The notes below the pieces were generated by a model. The model did no database searches and was not told the DNA's origin. It was given only the letters and a program-made list of their open reading frames with translations. A stretch of DNA of 64,000 bases from assembly GCA_021613535.1 (NCBI GenBank), contig CP075494.1, forward strand, positions 14,818,001-14,882,000. Reading direction: 5' to 3'. This stretch comes from Adineta vaga. Its lineage: Eukaryota; Animalia; Rotifera. Both the position numbers and the translations under genes were made by a program. This document shows positions 40,421 to 53,348 of this stretch, one piece after another (the stretch's first letter is position 1; every line of letters starts with the position of its first letter).

Positions 40421-41741
40421 ATGGCAACAACAATTCCACCAGTATTATTATCGAATGATTCGATAATATGTTCGGGTAAGTACAACGATTTTCTTTTCGA
40501 AAATTCCTATGTATCGTTTTGTAGAACAATTAATTAGTGACATACTTGATGGTCCATCAGGTCGAATTATATGGGGAATTTTACAGATTATCCTCACAGT
40601 TTTTGGCGATCTCGGTAAATATATATATATATATATGATTACTTTGTAAACATGTCGAAAATTTGTATATATTTTTTGCAGGAAATATTCTCACATTAAT
40701 AGTACTTAATCGTCGTCTGATGAGAAAAGGAGGTGTCAACAATCTTTTACAAGGTCTTGCTATTAGCGATATAGTTGCTCCAACACTCGCTTGTGTTCCA
40801 CATCTTATATATTATTATGGATCAGAAGAAAATGATGATTTAATTAATTCTATCAATCTATATATAATGCCAATTGCAACAGGTGCAACATTTTGTTCGA
40901 ATTGGATCGGTAAAAATGATTTTCTATTGGAAAAATGAAATTTATATGTAAATCATTTTTAGTTGTAACAATAACAAGTTTTCGTTTATTGATTGTTCTA
41001 AAACCACTCCATTCTCAAGTTTATTGTTCAAGTCAAAATGAAAAACGAGTGTTAATTATTATTATTCTCTTCAGTATTCTTTCCATAACACCTTATTATT
41101 ATTATCATGCACATATTAAAGCATTAGATATTATACGAGTTATATCCGTTGTTCTCTCTCTACTAGGTCCATGGGTAGTCTGTGTTGTCCTTTGGATTTT
41201 ACTTCTTCGTATTGTCAATCGAGAAATTGGTACGAAAAAATCAAATGAATTCATTCTTCATTCAGATATTATTGCCCAACGTTTAAAATCAAAATCTCGT
41301 ATAACACGAATGATCTTAATTATCTGCTTTTTTAATATCATTTGTCAATTACCAGTATTGATTCTAACAATCTACAGTCTTATCGATGGTAATCCATGTG
41401 GTTATGTGTCACCCATTATCTTTGTTTGTTTACTTTTTCTCTCAAATCTCTTGCTAATTGTCAATCATTCCATCAATTTTTTTATTTATTCATTAACCAA
41501 TACGAAATTTCGTTGTGCCTTAAAAATTATGTGTCGACGAATTTGTTCCTGTTATCATCGTCGACTTCTTCAACGACAAATGACTGTTGTTACCAAATAT
41601 GATGAGAAACAAAAGAAACATGACTATCATGAATGTTCAAATTCGAATAGTGATGAAAGTCCACATTTAGTTATATCAATGCGAACTGTTCATTTAATAA
41701 AATACAATAAGACAAAGAAATCGAGACGTTTACCTTTATGA
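40421..41741 (+). CDS. Rhodopsin-like (class A) peptide GPCR, FMRFamide/sex-peptide-receptor-like
   Basis: Four exons: GDLGNILTLIVL (TM1), LQGLAISD (TM2), SNWIVVTITSFRL (TM3), FNIICQLP (TM6), NHSINFFIYSLTNTKFR (TM7/helix 8). Confidence 0.85.
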
Positions 41742-42466
41742 ATATTGTGCCTTTTTTTTTAATTTTCAAATAAATTATTTTGTGAATATATCCGATTCTT
41801 TACGAAAATGATTGACGTAGTCGAATGATAACTTGAGAAGTTTTGATTTTGTCAAGTGAAGATCTATGACGATAATTGTATAAAATGTTGTTAGAGTTCA
41901 AAACAAATATTTTCTTTTTAAAGATTGAATATGAAATTAAAAGTACATGTAATATTACACAAAGTTCTTTGATCAGGTTTCGTCTGATGAGGATGAACTG
42001 TGATTATTAGAAATGAAAAGAAATTGTATACTAATGTTGTAATTTAAAGATGTTTACTTTTATAATCATGTCGGATTTATCTTAATCTTTTAATGAATAA
42101 TCAAGCGGTAAACCTATCGTACATTCGTAAATCTTTAAAAAGTTATTTCATGCGTGAAATTCGACAACATTTATAATAAAAATGCTCCATATAGATAGAT
42201 TAGTTTTGAAATCCTATATTATACATTGTTTGGCGTTTATGACATTGTGAGTATGAAACCTATCAGATACATATTCAGATTCAGATTCAGATCAGAGCAG
42301 GAAGACTATTGGTGAAAAAAAATGACCAATGAAAACATTTCTTCGAAGAGGTTTCTATTCTGTTTATAACTATTCATCAATGGTTGATCTAAACAAACGA
42401 AAAAGAATCAATCTTTTTTGCTAGACGAAATTGTCGTATATTGTGATTGTTGTAAACATTAAGAAA

Positions 42467-42940
42467 ATGAGCGATGATCTTATTCAAACAATTATACGAG
42501 ATCCTCGACAACGTTTTTTACTTGATTTGGAATTCGTTCAAACATTAGCTAATCCTCAATATTTAAATTTTCTTGCTCAACGAAATTATTTTAAAAATCC
42601 AGCATTTATTAATTATTTAAAATATTTACTCTATTTCAAAGAAGATAATTATATTAAATATGTTCGTTATCCTCAAGCACTTTATTTTCTCGATCTTTTA
42701 CAACGTGAACAATTTCGACAAGAACTTGTCAATGCAACTTATTGTCGATATATTGAAGATCAACAATTACTTGCTTGGCAACGACTTCAACGTCGAAAAA
42801 GTCAACTTTTAACCAATGCAACAGGTACATCCACATCAACTGCAAATAATAATAATAATGAAACAGACACAGCGACTACACAGAATAGTACAAATGCAAT
42901 ATCAACATCGACAACAGCGAATAATAATCCACTTCGTTAG
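42467..42940 (+). CDS. MED31: Mediator subunit 31 (SOH1)
   Basis: RFLLDLEFVQTLANPQYLNFLAQRNYFKNPAFINYLKYLLYFK...Y.KYVRYPQALYFLDLLQ..FR; first ATG at 42467. Confidence 0.95.
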   Translation: MSDDLIQTIIRDPRQRFLLDLEFVQTLANPQYLNFLAQRNYFKNPAFINYLKYLLYFKEDNYIKYVRYPQALYFLDLLQREQFRQELVNATYCRYIEDQQLLAWQRLQRRKSQLLTNATGTSTSTANNNNNETDTATTQNSTNAISTSTTANNNPLR

Positions 42941-43063
42941 AGAAATCAAATATCATTTTCTTCTTCTTTTTGTTATTTGAATGAATATACAGAATAAATG
43001 AAATTCTTTGAAAAAGAACTTCAATTCTGTTGGGTTTTGTTATTTACTTTTCTTTCATTCTAG

Positions 43064-43813
43064 ATGACAACAATCGATGATGGAACAGCAGGTTCATCTG
43101 CAACGAATGGTCTTATTCTACCGAATATTATCTATCCCGTCTTAGAACAACTTGATAGATCAGGTTTTAAAGATGTTCAAAATGATCTACGTCAACAATT
43201 CTATCAACTTGAACAATTTTATCCGGGATTTTCTCATTGTTTTCTTCAATCATTTTTTCGTCGACAGAATCCATCATTAACGCTCAATACGAATGAATTA
43301 ACACTTAAATTAGAGAAATATTGTGATAAATCTTCTTATTTAATCTCATCATTACGAAATGAACCCGAATTTCATGAATTAAATCTTCGTACAAAGAATC
43401 TCAAACGAATTTTAAGTCGTATACCAGATGATATCAATGAAAAACGTGAATTTCTCGAAACAATCAAAGAAATTGCAAGTGCTATTAAGAAAACTCTTGA
43501 TAGTGTTTCTAATACTTATCAATATTTGAAAACATCAGATGGAAGACAAGCTTTAGAGAATGAAAAAAAAGAATTTATAAAATCAAGTAAAAACTTTAGT
43601 AATACATTGAAAGCTTATTTTCGTGATAATCAACGTGATGATGTTTATATTGCTGCTAATCATTTACTTGTTCAAACAGATTATTTATTACGTACGATAA
43701 AAATTTATTGTCAAACAGATGCATTCGATCAATGTTTATATCCTTTAATATCAAATCGAATCCTTCCAACAACACGTTATCATAATCATCGATCAAATTT
43801 ATCTTATGAATAA
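43064..43813 (+). CDS. PDCD10: Programmed cell death protein 10 (CCM3)
   Basis: LKRILSRIPDDINEKREFLETIKEIASAIKKTLD and LENEKKEFIKSSKNFSNTLKAYF match the FAT-homology domain. Confidence 0.92.
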   Translation: MTTIDDGTAGSSATNGLILPNIIYPVLEQLDRSGFKDVQNDLRQQFYQLEQFYPGFSHCFLQSFFRRQNPSLTLNTNELTLKLEKYCDKSSYLISSLRNEPEFHELNLRTKNLKRILSRIPDDINEKREFLETIKEIASAIKKTLDSVSNTYQYLKTSDGRQALENEKKEFIKSSKNFSNTLKAYFRDNQRDDVYIAANHLLVQTDYLLRTIKIYCQTDAFDQCLYPLISNRILPTTRYHNHRSNLSYE

Positions 43814-44544
43814 ATTTCTGAACTAATCTTATCTTTGAATGTACAGTTCTTGTTGTTCTTCTTATTAGTTATGTGGGGAATCTATTATGTTAAATTTCTC
43901 TTCCAGATACGTATGTACAGTAGAATTTGTTTTATTAAAGAATCATTCTTTGTTGAATTATCAATTTTCTGTTTTTGTTTTTCTTCCTGAGGAAGAAATT
44001 GTTGTTTTTATGTCTTGTTGATAGTGAAATGGAATCTCCTGTTGATTAGTCATCGAACCCGACAGAATTCAAGACAATAGAGAGAGAAGAAGAAAAAATA
44101 AGAACATGTGCATTGATGTGTGGGCAAATGCATCAGCTCGAGTTAAATAGTTAACTATTGTTGATATATGATATAAACTCAAAGAAAAATAGAACGATGA
44201 AGAGAAACAAAAAATCCGCCTACGTAACTTTTCTGTTTTTTTTCCTCTCTTCGACGAGCCAAAGTCAGAAAAAGAGAATAGACCGGCTTTTACACTCATT
44301 CTTCGTCGTTCTCTTTTCCTCTTTTCAATCGGCAACAATTCTTCATGATCGTATGAATTAAATCTCATATAATATCATGTCGAGTATCTCTGCTTTATTG
44401 ACGTCATTGCAGTCGAATGAGTAGAGTTTCTTTTTTCTGCTTCGTTTGTATCATATCCGATTCGAATTTCAATTGTGTATATTTCAGATCGAAAAGCGAA
44501 CAACGATTATATTTCTTTATTAAATACAACAAAACAAAAAAAAC

Positions 44545-45203
44545 ATGGCACCTTCATCTAATGTAGATAATCGTACATTTAAACAACGTAAAAATTTTGG
44601 TAAGACGATGAAAATTTTCTTTTAAATCAAATTTTGAATTGAATTTTAGCAACACGCAAAGAAGAAGTCGCTGGAATTCGAAGTAAATTTCCAAATAGTA
44701 AGTTTGGATATTTTTGGAACTTTAATTTAGATGTTTTTCTTTTTCAAATAGAAATTCCTGTTATTGTCGAACGATATCATAAAGAAAAAGATTTACCTAT
44801 ACTTGGTAACTAAATTCAATTAGTTCGATTGTTTTTATGTTCTGATTTTGTAGACAAAACGAAATTTTTGGTGCCACAAGAATTGACAATGTCGCAATTC
44901 GTCACGATTATTCGGTAAATAAATCTTATTTTTAAAAATACGATTTTTTTAAACAAAGAATTTTTAAAAAAAAAAATAATAGAAATCGTATGCAATTAAA
45001 TGCTAATCAAGCGTTCTATTTATTGGTTAATAATAAAAGTATTGCTTCGATGTCGACTTCCATGGCAGAAATTTATCGTGATGACAAAGTAATATCATTA
45101 AATAATCTTAAAATTCTTATACATTTGTTTTCTTTTTGAAAAGGATGATGATGGATTTCTTTATATGACTTATGCTAGTCAAGAAATGTTCGGAGGAATG
45201 TAA
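44545..45203 (+). CDS. MAP1LC3C: Atg8-family protein, LC3 subfamily (LC3C-like), 6 exons
   Basis: Spliced FKQRKNFATRKEEVAGIRSKFPNKIPVIVERYHKEKDLPILDKTKFLVPQELTMSQFVTIIRNRM...DDDGFLYMTYASQEMFG-GM*. Not in the ORF track. Confidence 0.93.
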
Positions 45204-45765
45204 TTAACTAAACCAGCGATTCTGTTTATAAATATACATATAGTTTTTTTTCTTCTTTGTTGTTTGTTTGTCTTTGTAAAACGAAAACTAATGTCATCAG
45301 TTGATTTGCTCATTATTTCGAGAGCAACCGGTGAGCAAATAAGAGGAAAAAAAGAAGAAGATGATATCTTATCAATATGTGCAATTTCGATTTATTTCTT
45401 TTGACGTAATAACAATATAAAACTATCTACTTTCTTTTTTGCATGTGTGTATTTGGTCGACATATAATTATTTTTCTTTTCTTTGTTTATTCTATGATTA
45501 TTGTGCATTTTTATTTTCTCTTTCAATATGTGTTGTGTCTTCATTTTTCTTCTTCTTCTACTTATTAAGATGTATTGATCCTAAAAACATGTTTTATTTT
45601 GTATTATATGACAAAAAAATAGAGAGAGGGAAATATACATATATATATATATATTCAAGAATTGTTTTGTTTTGAAGAAACTCATTTGAAATCTGCATGA
45701 AAACTTTAGAGATCTTTTAATAAGAAACAAGTTCGATATTTCAGATATATTTGTTGTGAAGCAAA

Positions 45766-46652
45766 ATGTTTCATAAATATAATTCATTTACAAATACTTT
45801 AACATCGTCTGATCAAGTCTCTGCTTATGTGCCACAGGTTAGAGAGATGACTTGAAGGGAAAGTAATGATGAATTATTTCATTTTTACAGGGATTTAGTA
45901 CCAAAGAAGCAACCAATAATTTCTTTGTTGCTCCACAACCGAAAGGACGACAAGCCGGTGGATCGGGTTCTCATTCTGAAGCAAGTTTAGCAGCCCGTAA
46001 AATGTCTATATCTCGCTTCTTTTTGAGTAAATTCGGTCTTGGTGGTTCATCACTTGCTTCTACCGCCCAAACCATAGCTGATAAAGCACAAACAGTAGCT
46101 GCAACTGCCCAACAAGCTGTTGCAAGTAGTGTCAGTAGTCACGGTACTCAACAAACCCACCAAGCTAGTAGCAGTAGTCATGCAGTTAAGAGTCATGGCC
46201 ATGGACATGGTTCACATGCGGCACCATGGGAAGGTGTTAATCTTTGGCGTACACCTTACAAAGGTGATACCGATACAATCACACAAGTGAAACGTAATAA
46301 AGGTACACTTGATAAATATGTTGAAAATCGTACTCGTCATATCCAACAATTACAATTACTTGCATTAGTAAATAGTTTTAATTGATTTTTCTTCAGTATA
46401 TATTTGTTAATACCCTTTTTTTTTAGCGTAATAAGACTATTCCCACTTGGATTATGATGCCACGTGATAAACTTCTTTTTGCTGCACAAGGTGTTATCGT
46501 TGTTTATGTTCTTTATCAAGTAACGACCTCGGTATATCAACATTTAAAAGCAAAAGATCGTCTGAAACGTATGTATACATTCTTCTTTTACTTCTACTCT
46601 TTCATTTCTTGTTTTAGTCCTCAAATTACTTTACAAAGACAATGTCGATTAA
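45766..46652 (+). CDS. COX7A2L: COX7A2L/SCAF1-like mitochondrial protein with a large insertion (~241 aa, 4 exons)
   Basis: N-terminus MFHKYNSFTNTL..SAYVPQG resembles COX7A2L MYYKFSGFTQKL..AYSPQG. The C-terminal segment IQQLQ..IPTWIMMPRDKLLF plus a TM helix fits the COX7a pattern. Exons 45766-45837, 45891-46367, 46427-46568, 46618-46652. Confidence 0.7.
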
Positions 46653-46861
46653 TTTGCTTCTCCTACATTTGATTATCAACCATCAATTCTTCCTTGTCCT
46701 ATAAAACACATTTATTTCTAGTTTGTTTTCTGTATCCCTTTTAAAAATAAACAACATAGACATATTTACGAATAAATCTGCTTTATTTATAACAGAAAAA
46801 GAAGAAAAAAAAAGGAACCTAGTTTATTTTAATTACAAACAAAAAGTTCATGTATAAACTG

Positions 46862-49800
46862 TCATTGTTGATTGTACAATGTTGCACTACAATCCATTAA
46901 TCTAAAGAGAAAACGAAAGTGAATGATTTCGATTTCTTTTCTTATATTACTTCATCAATTGAATCAAAAGATCTTGTTTTATCTTAGGTGTTGATATTCG
47001 ATCAATTGGCATTTGACAGAAATTGAATAGAATAGATTTTTCATCTTGAGAAAGATTTGTAATATTCAATGTAATCCATTCACATAGTTTAAGTATAGCT
47101 GGAAGATGTTCAGTAAGTTCAGGACTATCTGAAAAGCAATGTTTATATTTGTTATATGTGCATTTGAAATCAAATGAATGAATTACTTTGATGAAGTAGA
47201 CGAATAGCCATGGCTAAGATGGAGAAACAGACGCGCCAGTATGTACTGGAAATGATGTGTCGAGCACGAGTTGCTTCAATTTGTGATAATAAATGATGAA
47301 ATAGATCATCACGACATAGAAGTGTAAGTAATTTGAATGACGATTGACGCATTCGTTGTAATTGAGCATCAATAGTTCGTGCATTTAGATCAGCTAAAGA
47401 ATGTTTTGGAAATATAAATAATTTGAAAAATTGAACGAAAGTCTTTACTTGATGCATCGAGTGTTGAGACTAATTTGAGAACAGTATCAATTTCATGTAA
47501 AGTACAAAGATTATCTAATGGACTTGCTAAGATTTTAAGAATCAATTCAGTTAATTGATTAGCAAATTGATAGATCTAAGAATAAATTCAAACGTTGTTT
47601 TTCCCAAGATTTCTATTAAATTCTTAACAAAATTTACTTTTTCTTTTGACCGAACATTTGCCATTAGTGAAGCAACTGTTAAATCAATAACAAATGCAAG
47701 TGTTCGACCAAACATCCAACGACCATTACGACTTGATTCATTATCACTATATTCATGTACATATAAAACATTCCTTTATCATCAAATAAATGCAATTCTT
47801 ACTGTAATAAACGTCGAGTATCCACATGAAAATCCATTAATGGTAAAAGAGCATCAAATATATTACTTGATACAAGCAATTGAGCACCATTACTAACGGA
47901 TGAAATTCGTAAAAGTAATGCCTAAATATTAATTGAAATTTTGCAGAAGATAAATCAAACTACTTTTGTTTTACCATATAGGATGAAAATGAATGCCATG
48001 TTTTAAGATCAACTGTACCCGATGTTTGTAAGGATTGAATAACAGCAACGGTCAATTGACGTAGTTCACCTTCGAGTGAACGTAAAAATGTTTGATTGAA
48101 ATTATTTGATATAATATCAGATGTGTCAACTGTGATTAAAGATGTCAACAGACTTGATGCAGATGACTAAAAATATCAAAATAAACAATCAGATATAGAG
48201 ACACTCTCCTTAGCACCACCACTGATTTAATCTTCATACGGTGAAATATGATGAAGAGATCGTCATTATGCAATTTAAAACACTAATTCTCACTATCGTG
48301 TCACAATTCTATCTCTGAAGAACTTACTCGAACAGCAGGTACACTAGAAAGTGCATCATCATAAACAATAGTTAATAAATTTTGATTATGTTGAATAGCA
48401 TTATTAAATATTCTTCTAAGATCATCTTGTTGTTGTTGTTGTTCAACATTTTCAATAATCTCAATCGATTGTACAATTGCACCATAAATAGCTGCTCGAC
48501 CTTTTGCCGTAAAACGTGATTGAATAAATTCAAATAAATGTCTTAGAATTCCAATTAAATTTGTTCGATATTCTCCTGTAATATTCATTTGTTTCATTGA
48601 AATAATTCCCGTTAAGAATATATTCATTAGATGACTTATTTGTTGATCATCAAGAATTGAATTTGATTGATTGAAAATTTTCTCATATAAAAAATTACAT
48701 AAATCAAATGGAAATGTTTTTGTTTGATTTAAATTTAAATAAAGTATCAATTCAACTAATGAACGCCATGCATCAATATGACAATTTCTCCAATAGAAAT
48801 CAATCTGTTCATTATTTAATTGATTGGCATAAGCAAGAATGATTTTACAATCATGAATATAACTATCTTGATAATTATTCATGTCATTAAGTAATTCAGT
48901 ATTATTGGAATGATTTGTTTGTTGAATTGTTTTAATTTCATTGGAAAGAAATTTTCTTAAGGATTCTAAACGATATAATTTCAAATTTGTTCGTTCATTA
49001 TATTGACAAGCTTGAAGAATATGATTGATTTTTGTTAGATCAATATTTGGTGTTTTTAATTGTGATAAAATTTCATGGTCAGATTTTTCATAGGAAAGAT
49101 TTAATAATGATAATGTTAAACGATTTAATTTAATATCAATTAATTCAAAAAGAAGATTCATTGTTGTATCAATAAGATTTTTTGAAATGATTGTTGGTTG
49201 ATTTGTTAGATGAAATAATTCTAATGATGTTAAACGTAATAAATAAGTTTCAATTGAATGTTTAAATATATTCGATGATAATGAAGTTTTTAATGGAAAA
49301 TATAATTGAATTTGTTTAGGAATAAAGATATGTTCATGAAGAATATCAAATGTTATTTTCATAATATTTGTTGAATGATTTGTGCAAAGAAGATAAATGA
49401 CTTCATAACATAGTGGAAGTGTTTTTTGATAGAAATCAATTTTTATTGGTGATAAATCATCGAAGAAATTTAAAATTGCTTGAAAACAATTGTTTACTCG
49501 ACAACTTTTACCCGTTAAAGTAAAATAGGAATCTATGGTTTCAAGTTGTTGTTGACGAGTAAAACCACAGAGATAATGACCGATATTTGTTTGTACACAT
49601 TTTGTTAATAACCAGAGAACACTATAACGCATTCGACCTTTCAAATCTACGAATTAAAATAGAAGATTTTCTTTTGTAAACCACGTTAAGAATATTCGAA
49701 TTCATGATTTTCTACTTACCGACATCGTCTGTTTCATTATTTTCATCTATATCTGGTTCTGTAAATTCTAAACATCGTACTAAACCATTTCTTAATAAAG

Positions 49801-52800
49801 CTTTATCTTTCTAAAAGTATCGATGAACAAAATTTATAATCGATATATCAGAATGAATAATCTTACATGTTCTTTTGGTAAAAGTCGGAGAAATGGCTTT
49901 TGTAATTTATCTTCACTCAATGTTTTAGCAATGATAGATAATGCTTGACTGGCTAGTTTTGGAAAATAATCAATCATATCAATTAGTCTAAAATAGAATG
50001 AATTCAATCATCGATATTAATCGAGAAATATCGTTTATACTTCATTATATTCGGAAATAAATCTTTGGTATTCGCATCAGTAACAATACGTTCAATGGGT
50101 GTTTGACAAAATGTAAATGTTGATGATCGATCAGTTTGTAAGATTTGTTGACTATTAATTGTGACTAATTCTAATAATTCCATAATTAAAATTAAACTTC
50201 GTGACAATTCTTGTTCACCTATTCGAAAAAAGATAAACATTGTGATTTCTTTTTACTGATCAAAAATATATTTGTTACCAGTAAATGGAGAATATTCTGA
50301 TAGTTTTTCACAACCATCTGTAATCAATGCAGTTAACTGAAAGAAGAAAACAAAATGCCGATGGAAAAGTTCCGAATGAGAAAATTTCAACAAACCAAAT
50401 TGTAAAGAATACCACCACGAAGTAAATCATTGACTAATAATTCTCCAGCTGAAACAATATTTGTTTCATTCGTGTCATTTTCAATAATTTGATTTGAAAA
50501 ATAATTCATTACAATCTCATTTAATATAATTAAAACAGTTTCCACGATTTGCCACTAGAATAGAAAAACTAAAGTTAGAATAACAAACGAAAGACAAATT
50601 TTTCTTACTTTTTCTTGTTGTGATTTGAATGTTCTTGTTGGTATTTTTAAAAGAACATGATTGACTAAGAAAACAACACAATAACCTAATGTTCGCATAT
50701 CCAAATTGGTTTTTAATTGTTGTGTAATAATTGGTTGAAGAAATTTCAAACATGCTTTTAGAAATGTATATTTCTGTGATGGAACTTCAAATTCTTCAAT
50801 TTCATAAGCTAATGCTGGCATATCAGAATTTTCCATTGGTGCAAATAACTTCAATAAAGACAAAGTTTATGTTAATTAAAATAAGAAACGATTCTCTTAC
50901 ATCAATTTCTCCAATAATTTTCCAGAAATGTACAGCTATTTCCGATGTTTTGGTAAATGCTGATAGTGTATTAAACAAAGCTGCTTTTAAATCTAATGAA
51001 ATTCGACATGATAATAATCCGAAAAATGCTCCAGTTATTTGCCATTGTGGATGTTCAAAAAAGCCAATTCGTGAAACTTCATCCTAGAAAAATCTTTGAT
51101 TGAAATAGAAAGAATTAATTCATTGTTTTATACTTGTGATGCAATAACTTCAATGAGATTTAAAACAGCAATTAGAGCTGTTACTTCTTTAGGTGCAATC
51201 GTTTTTATTGCTGATGGAGATGGTGTTCCAGTAAACGATGTTTGAACTTGTTGATTTAATAAAGTATCTGGTCGATATGTATTTCGATAGAGAAGAAATG
51301 CTTGAAATATTCGATTCCAACATGTTGGTCCACCCGTATCTTAAAACAATCGACAATAGAATGAAAAAGAAATGTCAATGGGCAAGTTTACCTTTAGCAA
51401 ATCGAAGTAATTCAAAGCAAGCATGAGCACTCGATTGTGTTGAGGATATTCCAGCTAACATATGAATATAATGACAGTAGAGATAAGCAGAAAGAGTACC
51501 ACCAGCCGATTCAACAAAATTTGCTAATGCAACCTGATAACAATGAAATAAAATAAGATTTTTCTTATTGTCTATCGAATAAAATTTACTTGTTGTTGAG
51601 TTGGTGATTGCATCATTCGATGACCAGCTAATGCATCAGCAGCAATCCAAAATTCTTCACTTAAATGTAATTCCATATGATCATTTGCATAGAACATTGA
51701 TAACTAAAAGAATTAATAAGTGCATTTCTAATAAGAAAAATCAAACAAACCAATTCAAGAAAATATTCATAATCTCTTTGTAAATTATCTGGTAAAGGTT
51801 TTCTTGCACGTTCACAATCTTCAATCATTCGTGCTGTATCTTCTGCTTGTACACGTAATTCTTTTAATTTAAATGGTAAATAATAAATAAAATCCACAAA
51901 TAATGTATGAAAACGTCGAATTAAAAATTCCTTAAAGATAAACAAAACATGACTTCACGATGAGAAGAAGAGAACAACAAACTTCTTGTTCAAAGAGAGA
52001 ACTTTTAATCACTATTTCCGATAAGAATGCAAAGACATGAGCTTCAACTGCTGTATCGGCTAATGCTTCAATATCTTCCGAATAAATATGTCCTAACAAA
52101 TGAAAATACGATGGTCTAAGTAAATATTTGGTTAACGTTTTTCTTTACCATCAGGTAACGTATGTGATCGTGCACGTAAAATAATCGCCCAAGCTAATTG
52201 ACAAACAGCTTTCATTTCAGGTACAATCCAACGTTCATCATTCGATAATATATCACGAATGGTTGTTAATAATGTTGGATCAATTGACGATGATGATGTT
52301 GTTGTATTATTATCCAATGAAGTTAATGGTTGATCTAAATTTAAGTAAATTTTTATAGAAGAAAGAAAACAAAGATGAAAATTGATTGATGAAAACCTTC
52401 TTGTAAACTAAATTGTTGATGTTTTGTTGTTAGAATTGATGATGAACCCGTCATTGTATCATTTGGAATGGTTAATGCTAATGTTATTCCGTAAAGAAAT
52501 GCACCGAGAATGTAAAGAGTTGATTCATCAATGATTCCATCATCTTGTATTGTTGAATATTTGGAAAGATAATTAATAATTGCAAGAAAATGTGATTGTG
52601 TTAAACGTATTTGACAACTGTAAAGAAAGACAGATTTGGCTTGAAATGATCGAATATGTTTAATTGAATCTTGAACACGTCGTCGATGTTTAACATTACC
52701 TAAACCAGCTTTTGAATATAATTTCTGTTCTTCATTTCGAATTTGAAAAGATATTAATTGTTCAATTATATTTTCAATTAAACGTTGTTCAATAAGTTCA

Positions 52801-53348
52801 TTGATAAAATTCGTACAGAATTCAATGGATTTAGAAAGTTTAAGTAATGATTGAAATGTTCGACCAGGTAAACAAGCCATTAGATATGCTAAACATGCTG
52901 CTAAACGTTCCTTGGATTCATAATATAATTGTACAGCTAATAAACCACGTGTACAATCGGGATAATTTGATTGTAAAGATTCTCCTTCAATTAATAATAA
53001 TAGAGAATCATATTCATTTAATTGAAATAAATCACTAATAGCAAAACATTCATCAATGAATAAACGTGGTAGTTTTCGACGTTCAGGTAATGAATCGAAT
53101 TGAATACCATCGAGATCTGCACGAGAAAGACTAGCACGTTGTGCAGCATTTTGTGGCTAGAATGAATAGAGAAGTTTTTTTTTTAGTATAAAAACATCGG
53201 TTTTTGTTTTGCCTACTGAATTCGAGATAATATTGAGTAGATTGCTTTTATTTGATGTAATTGTTTGAATTTTTTCAATATCAATCGATTCATTTGATGT
53301 TAATAATGATCGAAGTGTGTCAAATAAGGTATTAAATGTATCGAACAT
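46862..53348 (-). CDS. NUP205: Nucleoporin Nup205/Nup192, multi-exon
   Basis: EFLIRRFHTLFVDFIYYLPFKLKELRVQAEDTARMI, GLGNVKHRR, GLSRLYTWFI..YYESKE, WQITGAFFGLLSCRI..DLKAALF, NIGHYLCGF; large helical protein; TGA at 46864-46862. Confidence 0.88.

Noticed and set aside
41975-42020. CTGATGAG hammerhead core
   Set aside because: No stem II leading to GAAA and no stems I/III could be formed.
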